Assembly (NCBI GenBank): GCA_910589425.1
Contig: CAJUSZ010000001.1
Location: 60,187 to 124,186, forward strand
Length of the DNA stretch: 64,000 bases
Direction: 5' to 3'
DNA from: an uncultured Muribaculaceae bacterium
GTDB lineage: Bacteria; Bacteroidota; Bacteroidia; Bacteroidales; Muribaculaceae
The position numbers and the translations under genes are program-made. Below are positions 40,265 through 50,710 of this stretch, piece after piece; position 1 is the first letter of the stretch; every line of letters starts with the position of its first letter. Below the pieces are notes generated by a model. The model searched no databases and was not told the DNA's origin. It worked only from the letters and a program-made list of their open reading frames with translations.

Positions 40265-41224
40265 ATGATTATAAAAGTATTGGATGGCTACAGCCTAAAT
40301 CCCGGCGATCTTTCTTGGGATGGGCTGAAAGAGATCGGTCAAACAACAGTCTATGACCGCACTTCCCCCGAGGAGATATTTGAACGGATAAAAGATGCGG
40401 ATGTGGTTTTGACAAATAAAGTGCAATTGACCTCATCTGTATTGAACTCGCTGCCCAAGCTGAAATATATTGGTGTTTTGGCAACCGGTTACAATGTAGT
40501 CGACATCAAAGCCGCACAGGAACGAGGTATAGTTGTAACCAACATCCCCTCATACAGTACTGACTCTGTGGCACAACTGGTGTTTTCTCATCTGCTTGCA
40601 ATTGTGTCAAGAGTGGAACACTATACCGAAGAGAACAAGCAGGGGAAATGGGCTGGATGCGCCGATTTTTGCTATTGGGATACGCCTCTGCATGAATTGG
40701 CCGGCAAGAATTTCGGCATCATAGGTCTGGGGCATATCGGAAGTAAGGTTGCAGAGATAGCTCACGCTTTCGGGATGAAAGTCATTGCATATACAAGTAA
40801 AGATCAATGTTCTTTACCTGAGTGGGTTGAGAAAGCATCTCTCGACAGATTGTTTAAGATTTCAGATGTTGTGTCTCTGCATTGTCCTCTGAATGAATCC
40901 ACTCTCCATATTGTAGATGAATCTCGCTTGAACCAGATGAAGGCATCTTCGATTCTTATAAATACGGGGCGCGGACCACTTGTGGATGAGAATGCACTTG
41001 CCGAAGCACTTAACGAACGAAAGATATATGCAGCTGGAATAGATGTGCTTTCAAGCGAGCCTCCCAAAGCGGACAATCCGCTGCTGACTGCAAGAAACTG
41101 TTTCATAACACCGCATATAGGGTGGGCCACCAAAGAGGCTCGTGAACGGTTAATGAAAATAACGTTGGAGAATCTTAAGGCATTTGTTGCAGGAAGCCCG
41201 ATTAATGAGGTAACAAACAGATAG
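40265..41224 (+). CDS. D-2-hydroxyacid dehydrogenase (glycerate dehydrogenase-like)
   Basis: NPGDLSW, ATGYN, GIIGLGHIG, SLHCPL, INTGRG, EPP, TPHIGW. Confidence 0.93.
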   Translation: MIIKVLDGYSLNPGDLSWDGLKEIGQTTVYDRTSPEEIFERIKDADVVLTNKVQLTSSVLNSLPKLKYIGVLATGYNVVDIKAAQERGIVVTNIPSYSTDSVAQLVFSHLLAIVSRVEHYTEENKQGKWAGCADFCYWDTPLHELAGKNFGIIGLGHIGSKVAEIAHAFGMKVIAYTSKDQCSLPEWVEKASLDRLFKISDVVSLHCPLNESTLHIVDESRLNQMKASSILINTGRGPLVDENALAEALNERKIYAAGIDVLSSEPPKADNPLLTARNCFITPHIGWATKEARERLMKITLENLKAFVAGSPINEVTNR

Positions 41225-41240
41225 TTCTATCTATAGAGAA

Positions 41241-41278
41241 ACGTATCCGGCAATAATTGGAAATATTGCCGGATACGT
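41241..41278. terminator. Bidirectional hairpin between convergent genes
   Basis: Perfect 15-bp stem ACGTATCCGGCAATA / TATTGCCGGATACGT. Confidence 0.75.
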
Positions 41279-41303
41279 AAATATTGAGAAGTCTGCGCCA
41301 GCC

Positions 41304-42026
41304 TCAATTGCTGCCAGCAGATGGATTTCCTTTTGCTTCAGGAGCTATCAGTTTGTATCCCTTACCGTGGATATTTATGATTTCAATTGATTTGTCTTCT
41401 TTCAGATGCTTGCGAAGTTTGGTGATATATACATCCATGCTTCGGGCATTGAAGTAGTTATCATCGATCCAGATTGATTTAAGCGCGAAATTACGCTCAA
41501 GTATATCGTTGGCATGGGCACATAAAAGCGATAGCAACTCAGATTCTTTCGTGGTCAGCTTCTGAGTCTTGCCGTCCGCTATCAGCGTCTGCTTCTGCGT
41601 GTCGAAGGTGTATTTACCGATCTGGTACATAGTGATTTCTCTGTCACGCTTCCCTTTCACCCTTCTGAGAATCGCCGTGATTCTGCTCACGAGCTCCTCC
41701 ATAGAGAAAGGTTTTGTCAGATAATCGTCCGCTCCGAGTTTAAATCCCTGGAGTACATCATCTTTCAGCGTTTTAGCAGTCAGAAATATTATCGGCACCT
41801 CCGCATTTACATTTCTGATCTCCTGTGCAAGGGTGAAACCATCCTTTTTAGGCATCATCACATCAAGCACACACAAATCATATTGTCCCTGCAGGAACTC
41901 TTTGTAGCCGCGCTCTCCATCAGGACATAGATCCGCACTGAAGCCTTTGGCCTGCAGAAACTCTCTCAGAAGCATTCCGAGGTTTTCATCGTCTTCGCAA
42001 AGAAGAATTTTAGTTTTGTCTTCCAT
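41304..42026 (-). CDS. rprY: OmpR-family response regulator RprY
   Basis: LLCEDDENLGMLLRE, DVMMPKKDG, NYFNARSMDVYITKLRK match Bacteroides RprY as I recall it. Confidence 0.88.
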   Translation of the reverse strand: MEDKTKILLCEDDENLGMLLREFLQAKGFSADLCPDGERGYKEFLQGQYDLCVLDVMMPKKDGFTLAQEIRNVNAEVPIIFLTAKTLKDDVLQGFKLGADDYLTKPFSMEELVSRITAILRRVKGKRDREITMYQIGKYTFDTQKQTLIADGKTQKLTTKESELLSLLCAHANDILERNFALKSIWIDDNYFNARSMDVYITKLRKHLKEDKSIEIINIHGKGYKLIAPEAKGNPSAGSN

Positions 42027-42061
42027 TATATTATTTTTTTGTAATTATTCTTGGTTATTTG

Positions 42062-43618
42062 TCAATTCTCGGATACTTGATTATGCATATCCTGCGTTAC
42101 AGTCGGCAGGATTATGATAAACGTCGTTCCTTGTCCATACTCACTCTCTACACTGATCTCCCCTCCGAATATGCTGACCATTTTCTTCACGTATGTCAGA
42201 CCTAATCCGAAACCCTTGACATCATGGCGGTTGCCTGTGGATACTCTGTAGAACTTGTCAAAAATATGTTTCAGATCCTCCTTTTTTATTCCTATGCCAT
42301 TATCGGTTACACGTATTTCTATCGAGTTCCCGGAATTCAAATTGCTGGTAGTGATCTCAAGATGAGGAGCCTCATCTTCCCTCATGTACTTGACCGCATT
42401 GTCAAGTAGGTTGAATATAACATTCGTGAACTGCATCTCATCAACATTGACCTCAGGATTAACTGCCGACAGATTGCAACTCAGTGCCCCTCCAAACTTC
42501 TCGACTTTTATTTTAAATGTATTTATTACATTTAAAATTATTGAATTCGCATCCACCACAGAGAATTTCAACGCGCTTCCCGTATTGTCGAAAACTGACA
42601 ATTGAAGCACTTTCTCGACCTGAAAACGTAGCCTTTTCGATTCTTCGGTTATCACCTGCGATAAATGTTTCAATGAAGCCGGTGATTTTCTGACAGAATC
42701 ATCGCTCAACATCTGTCCGGCAAGACTTATGGTGGATATAGGCGTTTTCAATTCATGGGTCATATTGTTGATGAAATCGCTTTTCATCTCGGTAAGCTTC
42801 TTCTGCCGGAATGCTATTATGATTGTAAATAGAAATATTATCAACAATATGAGTGTCAATGCAAGCGTTGGTATGAGGAATCTCACGGATGAGAATATAT
42901 AGGAATGCTTGGTAGGGAACTCGATCTTTAGAAAATATGTTGTGCCCGTGTTCTGAAACAATGGCTGTGTGTAGATCCCTTCGTCAAGATCCGGTTCATA
43001 CCCCTCGGTGGAATATACCACATTGTTTTTATCATCGGTTACAGCAAAAACAAAAGGCACGTTCAGTCCATTGTTGGCCAGTTCGAGAGTCAGATGCTGC
43101 CGAATGGATGTGGAATCAGCTCGTTCCATCACCGGTCGATGTCCTGAATCCCTGAGTATGTTGAGTATCACCTCATTCAACAGTCCGCGCTGATATAGAT
43201 ATTGGCTACGGATCACTTCCTGCATATCCCTGTATCTGGAAGAAACATCGATAGTAGGGGAAGAGTATGATACGGCCGACACTTTCTTATCCCCTTTTTT
43301 GTCTACCTCAGAGGAAAGCCTGTATTTTGTTACGGATCCATCAGGCCTTTCTACAGAATAGCTTATTTCATGATCTTCATTATCATAGTCATCATAAAGG
43401 CTTGACTCAATAATATTGACATCCTCTTCAAGAAAGTGCAATGTTTCTTTTCGTTCAAGATAGCCGGCGGTGGCATATAATGATCTCATCACATTCTCGG
43501 TGAATTGAGCCTCACGCATCTTCACCATATTTTCCAGATACATGATCTGAAAATAAAGCAACGCGCCGAATGTGATCGCCATCACTATTGTAAGAAGCCA
43601 TATTATAGATTTCTTCAT
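42062..43618 (-). CDS. rprX: Sensor histidine kinase RprX
   Basis: Two TM helices, NNMTHELKTP H-box, NLLDNAVKY, DNGIG, GFGLGL; upstream of rprY. Confidence 0.85.
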   Translation of the reverse strand: MKKSIIWLLTIVMAITFGALLYFQIMYLENMVKMREAQFTENVMRSLYATAGYLERKETLHFLEEDVNIIESSLYDDYDNEDHEISYSVERPDGSVTKYRLSSEVDKKGDKKVSAVSYSSPTIDVSSRYRDMQEVIRSQYLYQRGLLNEVILNILRDSGHRPVMERADSTSIRQHLTLELANNGLNVPFVFAVTDDKNNVVYSTEGYEPDLDEGIYTQPLFQNTGTTYFLKIEFPTKHSYIFSSVRFLIPTLALTLILLIIFLFTIIIAFRQKKLTEMKSDFINNMTHELKTPISTISLAGQMLSDDSVRKSPASLKHLSQVITEESKRLRFQVEKVLQLSVFDNTGSALKFSVVDANSIILNVINTFKIKVEKFGGALSCNLSAVNPEVNVDEMQFTNVIFNLLDNAVKYMREDEAPHLEITTSNLNSGNSIEIRVTDNGIGIKKEDLKHIFDKFYRVSTGNRHDVKGFGLGLTYVKKMVSIFGGEISVESEYGQGTTFIIILPTVTQDMHNQVSEN

Positions 43619-43877
43619 ATCAATTCCAGAGCTTTTGTATCGTCAGTGATACGCCGGCATTATATTACACAATTCTTATATTGAATTAACAATTAATTAA
43701 CAGCTTGGTTTGCTTGGATGTATTTGAAATTTTAACACAACATTGCAAAATTAACATTTAAATCTTAAATTTACAAGTATGGCGCTTAAAAAAACTTTCG
43801 ACGCTTGAAAATTGAATGTGAAAATACTATCTTTGCACGAGTTTTTACTGAAAAAAGTATTTGAGAAATAAAAAAGA

Positions 43878-45131
43878 ATGAAGCGTACTGTATTGTCATT
43901 CACTACAATTATAGTGTCGGTGCTGTTGACTGCCACACTTATTTCCTGCTCGAAGAATGATGAACCCGTTGTACCGGAATCTCCCGTACCGGAAGAATTG
44001 GAAAATGTGGTTCTTGTTTACGCAGCTTCCGGAAATGATCTTTATTCCAATATGCTTGCTGATAAAGCGGAGATGCTGAGGGGACTTAAAGACACAGACA
44101 CATCCAAATCAAGGTTGTTACTTTTTGAGACTATTCCCGGCAATGCCGGTTCTGGAAGACAGGCTATTCTCTGGGAAGCGGTAAGAAACAAGAAAGACAA
44201 TTCTTTTTATTTCAAGGAACTGAAAAGTTTCTCTGCAGATGTTTTCACAACAGATCCCCAAAGGCTTTCCGAAGTGGTGGCATACGCAAAGGAAATGAGA
44301 AAAGCGGACACTTACGGGCTTATCTTCTGGAGTCATGGCGGAGGCTGGGAACCTGGAAATTCAGAACATACGTATCCAGACGATTCTTCGAACCAGCCGG
44401 TGGCCGGTGATATAGCTGATCCTGACTATTGGTGGGGCGTGGACATCAGCGGAGACAACGTTGTGTCTGACAAGATGAATATCGATGAACTTGCCTCAGC
44501 TCTTCCCGACGATGGGTTTCATTTCATCTGGTTCGACTGTTGCTATATGTCCTCGATCGAGGTTGCATATCAACTTAGAAATAAGACAGATTTTTTTGTA
44601 GCTTACCCTACGGAGATCTACAATCCCGGGTTGAACTATGAAACTGCCATCCCTTATTTGATGAATAGGAATCCTGATCTTGAAGGCGCCGCCCGTTCAC
44701 TCTATGATTATTACACGTATTTCTTTTCGCCAGAGCCGGCAGCTGTTACGGTAGGTGTTTTCGACATGTCCCGAATCGAAGAAATCGCGAGAATTGCACG
44801 GCAGGCTTTTTCTTCATTCGTAGCGCCACCGTCATCTGAACTGATATGCTATTCAAGAAGAGGTTTGAGTGCTAATCTATACGATTTCCGTCAATATATG
44901 TCAAGAGGGGCCGATATTGCCGGGAATATTATAGACACCGAATCGATTGAAAAGGCATTTACAGATTTCACTGTGTGTAAGTTCGCATCGGAGCGTGATT
45001 TTAACAATAAGCTGATTCCATCTGACGGATTCAGTGGGTTATCAACTTATATCTATAGAGATAACACCCATACATCTCTGTCCGACTATTACCGTCGTCT
45101 CGATTGGTTCAATGCCGTTTATCCTCATTAA
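43878..45131 (+). CDS. Clostripain-family (C11) cysteine peptidase lipoprotein
   Basis: Lipobox LISC, WSHGGGW (His), FDCCYM (Cys). Promoter CTTG-N20-TATCTTTG at 43804-43835. Confidence 0.88.
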   Translation: MKRTVLSFTTIIVSVLLTATLISCSKNDEPVVPESPVPEELENVVLVYAASGNDLYSNMLADKAEMLRGLKDTDTSKSRLLLFETIPGNAGSGRQAILWEAVRNKKDNSFYFKELKSFSADVFTTDPQRLSEVVAYAKEMRKADTYGLIFWSHGGGWEPGNSEHTYPDDSSNQPVAGDIADPDYWWGVDISGDNVVSDKMNIDELASALPDDGFHFIWFDCCYMSSIEVAYQLRNKTDFFVAYPTEIYNPGLNYETAIPYLMNRNPDLEGAARSLYDYYTYFFSPEPAAVTVGVFDMSRIEEIARIARQAFSSFVAPPSSELICYSRRGLSANLYDFRQYMSRGADIAGNIIDTESIEKAFTDFTVCKFASERDFNNKLIPSDGFSGLSTYIYRDNTHTSLSDYYRRLDWFNAVYPH

Positions 45132-45153
45132 TCATTTTAAATGATCGACTGAT

Positions 45154-46266
45154 ATGATTCAAACACAAGATATTCCTGCTGTTCCGACTCCGGATATTCC
45201 TGTAGGAGGGACTAATGTACTCAAGGCGATAGAGGGACTCTCATTAGATGACGCCATCTCTAAAATGGTCAACGGACTCGTAAGCTTCGGGTTCAAGCTA
45301 TTGATTGCCATTATAGTATTCTACGCGGGTAAATTCATTATCAAAAAAATATATAAGTTTACCTATTCCGTATTAGTCAACCGCAAGGTAGACCAATCCC
45401 TTACCACATTTGTATTATCCCTTATAAAGATCGTTTTATATTTTATACTGATAGTTACGGTCATTGGTATTCTCGGCCTTGAAACAAGTTCATTCCTTGC
45501 ACTTTTCGCGTCTGCCGGTGTAGCCATCGGTATGGCATTGAGCGGCACTCTTCAGAATTTTGCAGGCGGTGTACTCATCTTATTGCTCAAGCCATACAAA
45601 GTCGGTGATTATATCGAGGCCCAAGGATTTACCGGGACAGTCAAAGCGATACAGATTTTCCATACAATCATCAATACCGTAGATAATAAAGCAATCATTA
45701 TACCCAATGGCGGCCTTTCAACAGGCTCAATCAATAATTACTCTCTTGAGCAATACCGGCGCGTGGACTGGACCATTGGATTGAGCTACGGTTGCGACTA
45801 TGAAGCGGCCAAGGAGAAGATACTCCAGATTCTATTATCGGATGATAGGGTAGTGCGTCAATATATTGAGGACGACCGGATCAACAGAGAGATGGAGGAA
45901 ACTGAGATTGACTGCGACCAGCATCCGGATTCACCTGAGTGTGTTGAAGAAAAGTTGGGATGGTGGGCCAGATTCAGACAGCGGCGCCGCAAACATCAGG
46001 AAATCCTGCAAGAGAAACTCAGGGAGAAAGTAAGTTTGAATGCAGGGATTCCTGTAAAAATTGACCGTAGTCCATTTGTTGGCCTTAATGAACTTGCAGA
46101 CAGCAGCATAAATTTGGCAGTCAGAGCCTGGACTCAGGCTTCAAACTATTGGCCGTTGTATTTTCAGATGAACGAAAGATTCTACAAAGAGCTACCGGAA
46201 GCGGGCTTTGATTTTCCGTTTCCGCAGCTGGACGTACATTGCATCCCGTCTGACAAAGATAAATAA
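45154..46266 (+). CDS. Small-conductance mechanosensitive channel (MscS family) with internal insertion
   Basis: GVAIGMALSGTLQNFAGG, KVGDYI, IPNG, ELADSS, FPFPQLDVH. Confidence 0.92.
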   Translation: MIQTQDIPAVPTPDIPVGGTNVLKAIEGLSLDDAISKMVNGLVSFGFKLLIAIIVFYAGKFIIKKIYKFTYSVLVNRKVDQSLTTFVLSLIKIVLYFILIVTVIGILGLETSSFLALFASAGVAIGMALSGTLQNFAGGVLILLLKPYKVGDYIEAQGFTGTVKAIQIFHTIINTVDNKAIIIPNGGLSTGSINNYSLEQYRRVDWTIGLSYGCDYEAAKEKILQILLSDDRVVRQYIEDDRINREMEETEIDCDQHPDSPECVEEKLGWWARFRQRRRKHQEILQEKLREKVSLNAGIPVKIDRSPFVGLNELADSSINLAVRAWTQASNYWPLYFQMNERFYKELPEAGFDFPFPQLDVHCIPSDKDK

Positions 46267-48579
46267 TCAGCGTTCGAATCTCGGAGCCTGAAGAAATATT
46301 CCGAAGTTTATACCGAAATTCCAATTGCGTGCCGGAGAGGAGAGATAATTGCAGTATACCGATAAACTTGCAAATGAAAAATTATATACCGCAGCGACTT
46401 CTCCAATGAATTCAGCTTTCCGGAACCATCCGTTGTAACCAAGACATCCGTCGCTTTTTTTATAGGCATTCCTGATAGGGCTGAACACAAAGAAGTCTCC
46501 TCTGATCTGCATATTACCGAATGGCTTCCATATCGGGATCACACCTGCCGCCAGGTAATTGTCTGATCGGAAAGATTCATTGAAATAGTTTCTTGTGGAA
46601 GGTGTCGGTTCAAAAGCTGGAGCGCTTATCATTGATGCAGTGTAGTTTTGATGGTATTTTCTTAACGTCGCGACTACATTTCCTTTTCCTCCGATTTTAA
46701 AATGCTTGTTTATGGAGAAATAATGTTCCCAGTCTATCTCTATGCGTGCTTTACCGTAAGAAGCCGACGATTCGGTTTCAGGCTCGTATGGCATGTATTT
46801 GCTATGCTCATACGCAGCAAATAAATATGCATTCAATTTCATCCCTTCGCTTGGATACATTATGCCGTTGAGAGTGTTGCGTTCAATACCGACTCTTAAT
46901 GCACCGACCTTATATTGGGTTTTGTCTCTACCGGATGTGGAATAATTTTTTACATTGTCAGAAAAATATTTGTCCCAAAGATAGCCATATCCCAGATCTG
47001 CATACAGTTTCGCTGTACGGCCTATTGCACGGCAATACTTTAGTCTTACGTATGCCTGATAATCCGATATGAATGTCGGAGTATTATTTTGATAAAAAAG
47101 AAGTTCGGTAGAATAGAATTTTTGGCGGCTGATCACTGCCGATAGTTCGAGGAACGAAGGCACGACCGTCTTGAGAGAAAACCTGACACTCGCCTGTCCA
47201 GCGAAGTATGTCTGTCCGAGCCATCCGCTCAAATTTGCATCAAGAGAATTAAATCTGAGTGTGTGATAGCCGAAATTCAGGTATAGCATGCTGTTTGTAG
47301 ATGACGAAATCCAGCCTCCGACTCCGATTCCCCAGTTATCTTTGACTGACGCTTGCAAATCGAGGATGGTGGAATCTCCGGAGAATCGGGCATTGGGGAC
47401 TAGATCAGAGAATTTCCCGGTCAAGACAGCCTGATAATAGCTGTCTTGCGTGCGCGTCATCCCAAATGGTCGCTGTTTGCCACGGTTAAATAAAAACTCG
47501 ATATACCGTGATTGTGATGGTGTTGCTCCGCTTACTGATACCGAATCAAAAACTATTTCAGGCGTATGTGTGGCAAATGCTTTCCGTTTTGCATCTACAA
47601 TCTCCGGATCACGCCTGCTTTTAACTCTGGATTTTATGGAATCAACCATAGAAAGCCCTGTTTTGTAGCCAATTGAATATATCTCATTTGCCTTATCGAA
47701 ATCCAGGACACCGAAATTCAGAACAGGAACCTGAATTTTGATCCCATCTTCTGCAGGCAAGGAATAATCATTATTCTGTATTATCATGTCCTCAAGCTGG
47801 CTGTATATGTCTCCTGCTTCCGGTCTGGTGTCTGGAGAAGATACTGAAACCCCGATTATAAAGTCCGGATCAAAATCACTCTTCATCACGTCTACCGGGA
47901 AATTATCATAGATGCCGCCATCGTAAACCAAGACCCCGTCAAGTTTGATGGGTTTGAATACCAATGGGAAACTCATCGACGCCCGGACAGCATCTCCCAA
48001 TGATCCGGATTTAGATACAATCTTATGCTTATGGTATACGTCTGAACAAACTGATCTGAATGGAACGAACAGATTGTTGAAGTTTTCTCCGCATTGTTTG
48101 GTATATTTTGCATAGAGCCTCATGAATTCTATGTTCATCGGCAGAGGCGAAATCAGATTCGTCGGCAGCAACTTCATTGAAAAGATTGTGGAATCTTTAA
48201 AATCAAGATTAATCCCTACCCACTTTGGTGTGGGTTCGGGAATTGAAAAATAATATTTGTCTGCCGGATTTATCACTCCGGAACTCCAATAGCCAAAGTC
48301 GGGAGATGTAAAGAAGTTCATCATACTGTCTGGCGTCCATCCACAACTGTAGAGACTACCGACAATGGCACCCATAGAGGTGCCTGCCACATAATCTATA
48401 GGAATATCATTTTCTTCGAGCGCCTTGATGACGCCTACGTGAGCTATTCCCTTGGCTCCTCCACCACTTAACACAAGGCCGACGCTCTGGATAGTGTCTG
48501 GTCTCAATGTGTCTGGATAGGCACTTGAAAACACTGTCGTAAGCAATGCCGCTATCCAAAAGATTCTCCGATATCCCAT
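46267..48579 (-). CDS. Patatin-like phospholipase with probable C-terminal outer-membrane beta-barrel
   Basis: LSGGGAKG, GTSMG, DGG; C-terminal alternating aromatic strands ending NFGINFG. Confidence 0.88.
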   Translation of the reverse strand: MGYRRIFWIAALLTTVFSSAYPDTLRPDTIQSVGLVLSGGGAKGIAHVGVIKALEENDIPIDYVAGTSMGAIVGSLYSCGWTPDSMMNFFTSPDFGYWSSGVINPADKYYFSIPEPTPKWVGINLDFKDSTIFSMKLLPTNLISPLPMNIEFMRLYAKYTKQCGENFNNLFVPFRSVCSDVYHKHKIVSKSGSLGDAVRASMSFPLVFKPIKLDGVLVYDGGIYDNFPVDVMKSDFDPDFIIGVSVSSPDTRPEAGDIYSQLEDMIIQNNDYSLPAEDGIKIQVPVLNFGVLDFDKANEIYSIGYKTGLSMVDSIKSRVKSRRDPEIVDAKRKAFATHTPEIVFDSVSVSGATPSQSRYIEFLFNRGKQRPFGMTRTQDSYYQAVLTGKFSDLVPNARFSGDSTILDLQASVKDNWGIGVGGWISSSTNSMLYLNFGYHTLRFNSLDANLSGWLGQTYFAGQASVRFSLKTVVPSFLELSAVISRQKFYSTELLFYQNNTPTFISDYQAYVRLKYCRAIGRTAKLYADLGYGYLWDKYFSDNVKNYSTSGRDKTQYKVGALRVGIERNTLNGIMYPSEGMKLNAYLFAAYEHSKYMPYEPETESSASYGKARIEIDWEHYFSINKHFKIGGKGNVVATLRKYHQNYTASMISAPAFEPTPSTRNYFNESFRSDNYLAAGVIPIWKPFGNMQIRGDFFVFSPIRNAYKKSDGCLGYNGWFRKAEFIGEVAAVYNFSFASLSVYCNYLSSPARNWNFGINFGIFLQAPRFER

Positions 48580-48605
48580 TGATAAGGTTTATATTGATGT
48601 TTAGA

Positions 48606-49898
48606 TTATGTTTCTTTATTATATTGTGTTCCGATATTATCGCTCATGTATGAATCCTTAAACCCAAGAAAATATAAGACTCCGTCAATGCCTATTGTAG
48701 ATATGCTTTGTGAGGCGGATGCTTTTACCTTAGGTTTCGCATGGAAGGCTATCCCCAATCCGGCTTCGGACAGCATTGGGAGATCATTGGCTCCGTCGCC
48801 TACAGCTATTGTCTGGGCTATATTGATGTTTTCTACCTGGGCGAGCAGCCTGAGCAGTTCTTTTTTACGTTGTCCATCAACTATATCCCCTACATAATTG
48901 CCTGTCAGCTTTCCGTCCGGGCCGATTTCAAGCTCATTGGCATATACATAGTCAAATCCGAACTTTTGTTTCAGATAATTGCCAAAATATGTGAATCCAC
49001 CGGATATTATGGCAGTCTTGTAGCCAGAACGTTTAAGAACCTCCATCATCCGGCCCACGCCTTCGGTTATAGGCAGGTTATTGGCGATTTCATCCATGAC
49101 ATGCACATCCAGCCCTTTGAGAAGAGCAACCCGACGACGGAAACTTTCGCAGAAATCAATCTCTCCTCTCATCGCTGATTCTGTGATAGCTCTGACCTCC
49201 GGGCCGACACCGGCTCTGTCCGCGAGTTCATCTATCACTTCTGTCCGGATAAGTGTCGAGTCCATGTCGAAGCATATCAGACGGCGGCATCTGCGATACA
49301 TATTGTCTTCCTGAAGGGATATATCAAAATTCAATGTGCCGGCGAGTTCCATGAAACTCTTTTGCATGGCTGTCTTATCAACAGGATTGCCTCTCACAGA
49401 CAATTCTATGCATCCTTTCGCACGTGGCTGTTCGGTTTTATCCAATGGCATGCGCCCCGTCAGCCGCCGGATTGAGTCGATGTTCAAACGCTGGCTTGTA
49501 ATGATCTTGGTGACCCTGGATATTTGCTCAGCCGTGATTTCACGGCCAAGCATAGTGATTATGTATCTGTTTTTACCTTGTTTGTGTACCCACTGTTGAT
49601 ATGCTTCCTCGGATATTACACTAAACTGAACCTGCACATGCATAGCACTGGTTGTGAGCAACAATTCCTTTAGGATCTCTCCGCTCTTATTACTGTCGGT
49701 CTTGAATAATATACCGAGAGCGAGCGTATGGTGTATATCTGCTTGACCAATGTCGAGAATCTGAGCGTTGTACCGGGCAAGAATCTCTGTTAAAGTCGCA
49801 GTTATTCCGGCTTTATCTTGGCCGGAAATGTTCATGAGTATTAATTCTCTTTCGGAATTTGCAACCGGCAGAGATTTGTTAGTTTCCATTGCTTGCAT
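48606..49898 (-). CDS. serB: Phosphoserine phosphatase with ACT domains
   Basis: FDMDST, SGGF, GDGAND; N-terminal ACT domains. Confidence 0.95.
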   Translation of the reverse strand: MQAMETNKSLPVANSERELILMNISGQDKAGITATLTEILARYNAQILDIGQADIHHTLALGILFKTDSNKSGEILKELLLTTSAMHVQVQFSVISEEAYQQWVHKQGKNRYIITMLGREITAEQISRVTKIITSQRLNIDSIRRLTGRMPLDKTEQPRAKGCIELSVRGNPVDKTAMQKSFMELAGTLNFDISLQEDNMYRRCRRLICFDMDSTLIRTEVIDELADRAGVGPEVRAITESAMRGEIDFCESFRRRVALLKGLDVHVMDEIANNLPITEGVGRMMEVLKRSGYKTAIISGGFTYFGNYLKQKFGFDYVYANELEIGPDGKLTGNYVGDIVDGQRKKELLRLLAQVENINIAQTIAVGDGANDLPMLSEAGLGIAFHAKPKVKASASQSISTIGIDGVLYFLGFKDSYMSDNIGTQYNKET

Positions 49899-49904
49899 AT
49901 TGGA

Positions 49905-50582
49905 TTAGCGCTTGCTGTGTTTTGACGTATTATGTGTGCGTTTTGCCGGAGAAACTGATTTTAACGATTTGACTTGTTGCGCCGCATCCTTGTAGCTTTT
50001 CTCCGCTGCTTTTTCAAACCATTCTATCGCTTTCTCTTTGTCCCGTTTAACTCCACGTCCATCGCGAAGCATCACAGCATACTGATACTGCCCTTCTGGA
50101 TTGCCGCGGGATCCTGCTCTCCAAAAATATTCGGAAGCTATGCGGTCATCCTGCTGCACTCCTTTGCCTTCCAAAAACTGACGTCCGATTTCAACCATAG
50201 CTTTCAAGCTTCCGTTTCTGGCAGCTTTACGAAACCAATAAGCCGATTCTTCGTAGCTTTGAGGGAAACCTATTCCATCTCTGTAGAGCGTACCGATGTC
50301 AAAGTCTGCCTCGACGTTTCCACCTCGTGCGGCTTTGCCATACCAGATTATGGCCTGCTCAAGATCTTTTCCCACACCAGTGCCTGTCTGGTAACACACG
50401 GCGACGCGACGCATTGCCTCGGAATCACCCATCAGTGCCGCATTATGATAATCTGAAAAATCCTGCGCCCGAAGAATTACCGCAGGGACTTTGACAGAGT
50501 CTGTTTCTTCTGCAGCCATAACTAAATGGCTACCGAATGACGCAAAAGAAAACATCAATATAGCAAATAATGTCTTGTTCAT
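49905..50582 (-). CDS. Sel1-repeat (SLR/TPR) protein with signal peptide
   Basis: Four G.GV..D...A..W..KAA-type repeats; start MNKTLFAIL. Confidence 0.88.
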   Translation of the reverse strand: MNKTLFAILMFSFASFGSHLVMAAEETDSVKVPAVILRAQDFSDYHNAALMGDSEAMRRVAVCYQTGTGVGKDLEQAIIWYGKAARGGNVEADFDIGTLYRDGIGFPQSYEESAYWFRKAARNGSLKAMVEIGRQFLEGKGVQQDDRIASEYFWRAGSRGNPEGQYQYAVMLRDGRGVKRDKEKAIEWFEKAAEKSYKDAAQQVKSLKSVSPAKRTHNTSKHSKR

Positions 50583-50710
50583 ATTTATAAAGATTTCTAT
50601 AAAACTGGCGATTTGATCGCTTTTGTTTTTATAACAACCCACAAGACAAAATTACTTGCCGAATAATCTGCTGATACGCCTATTGTTTAGAATTTACCTG
50701 ACAACACACT

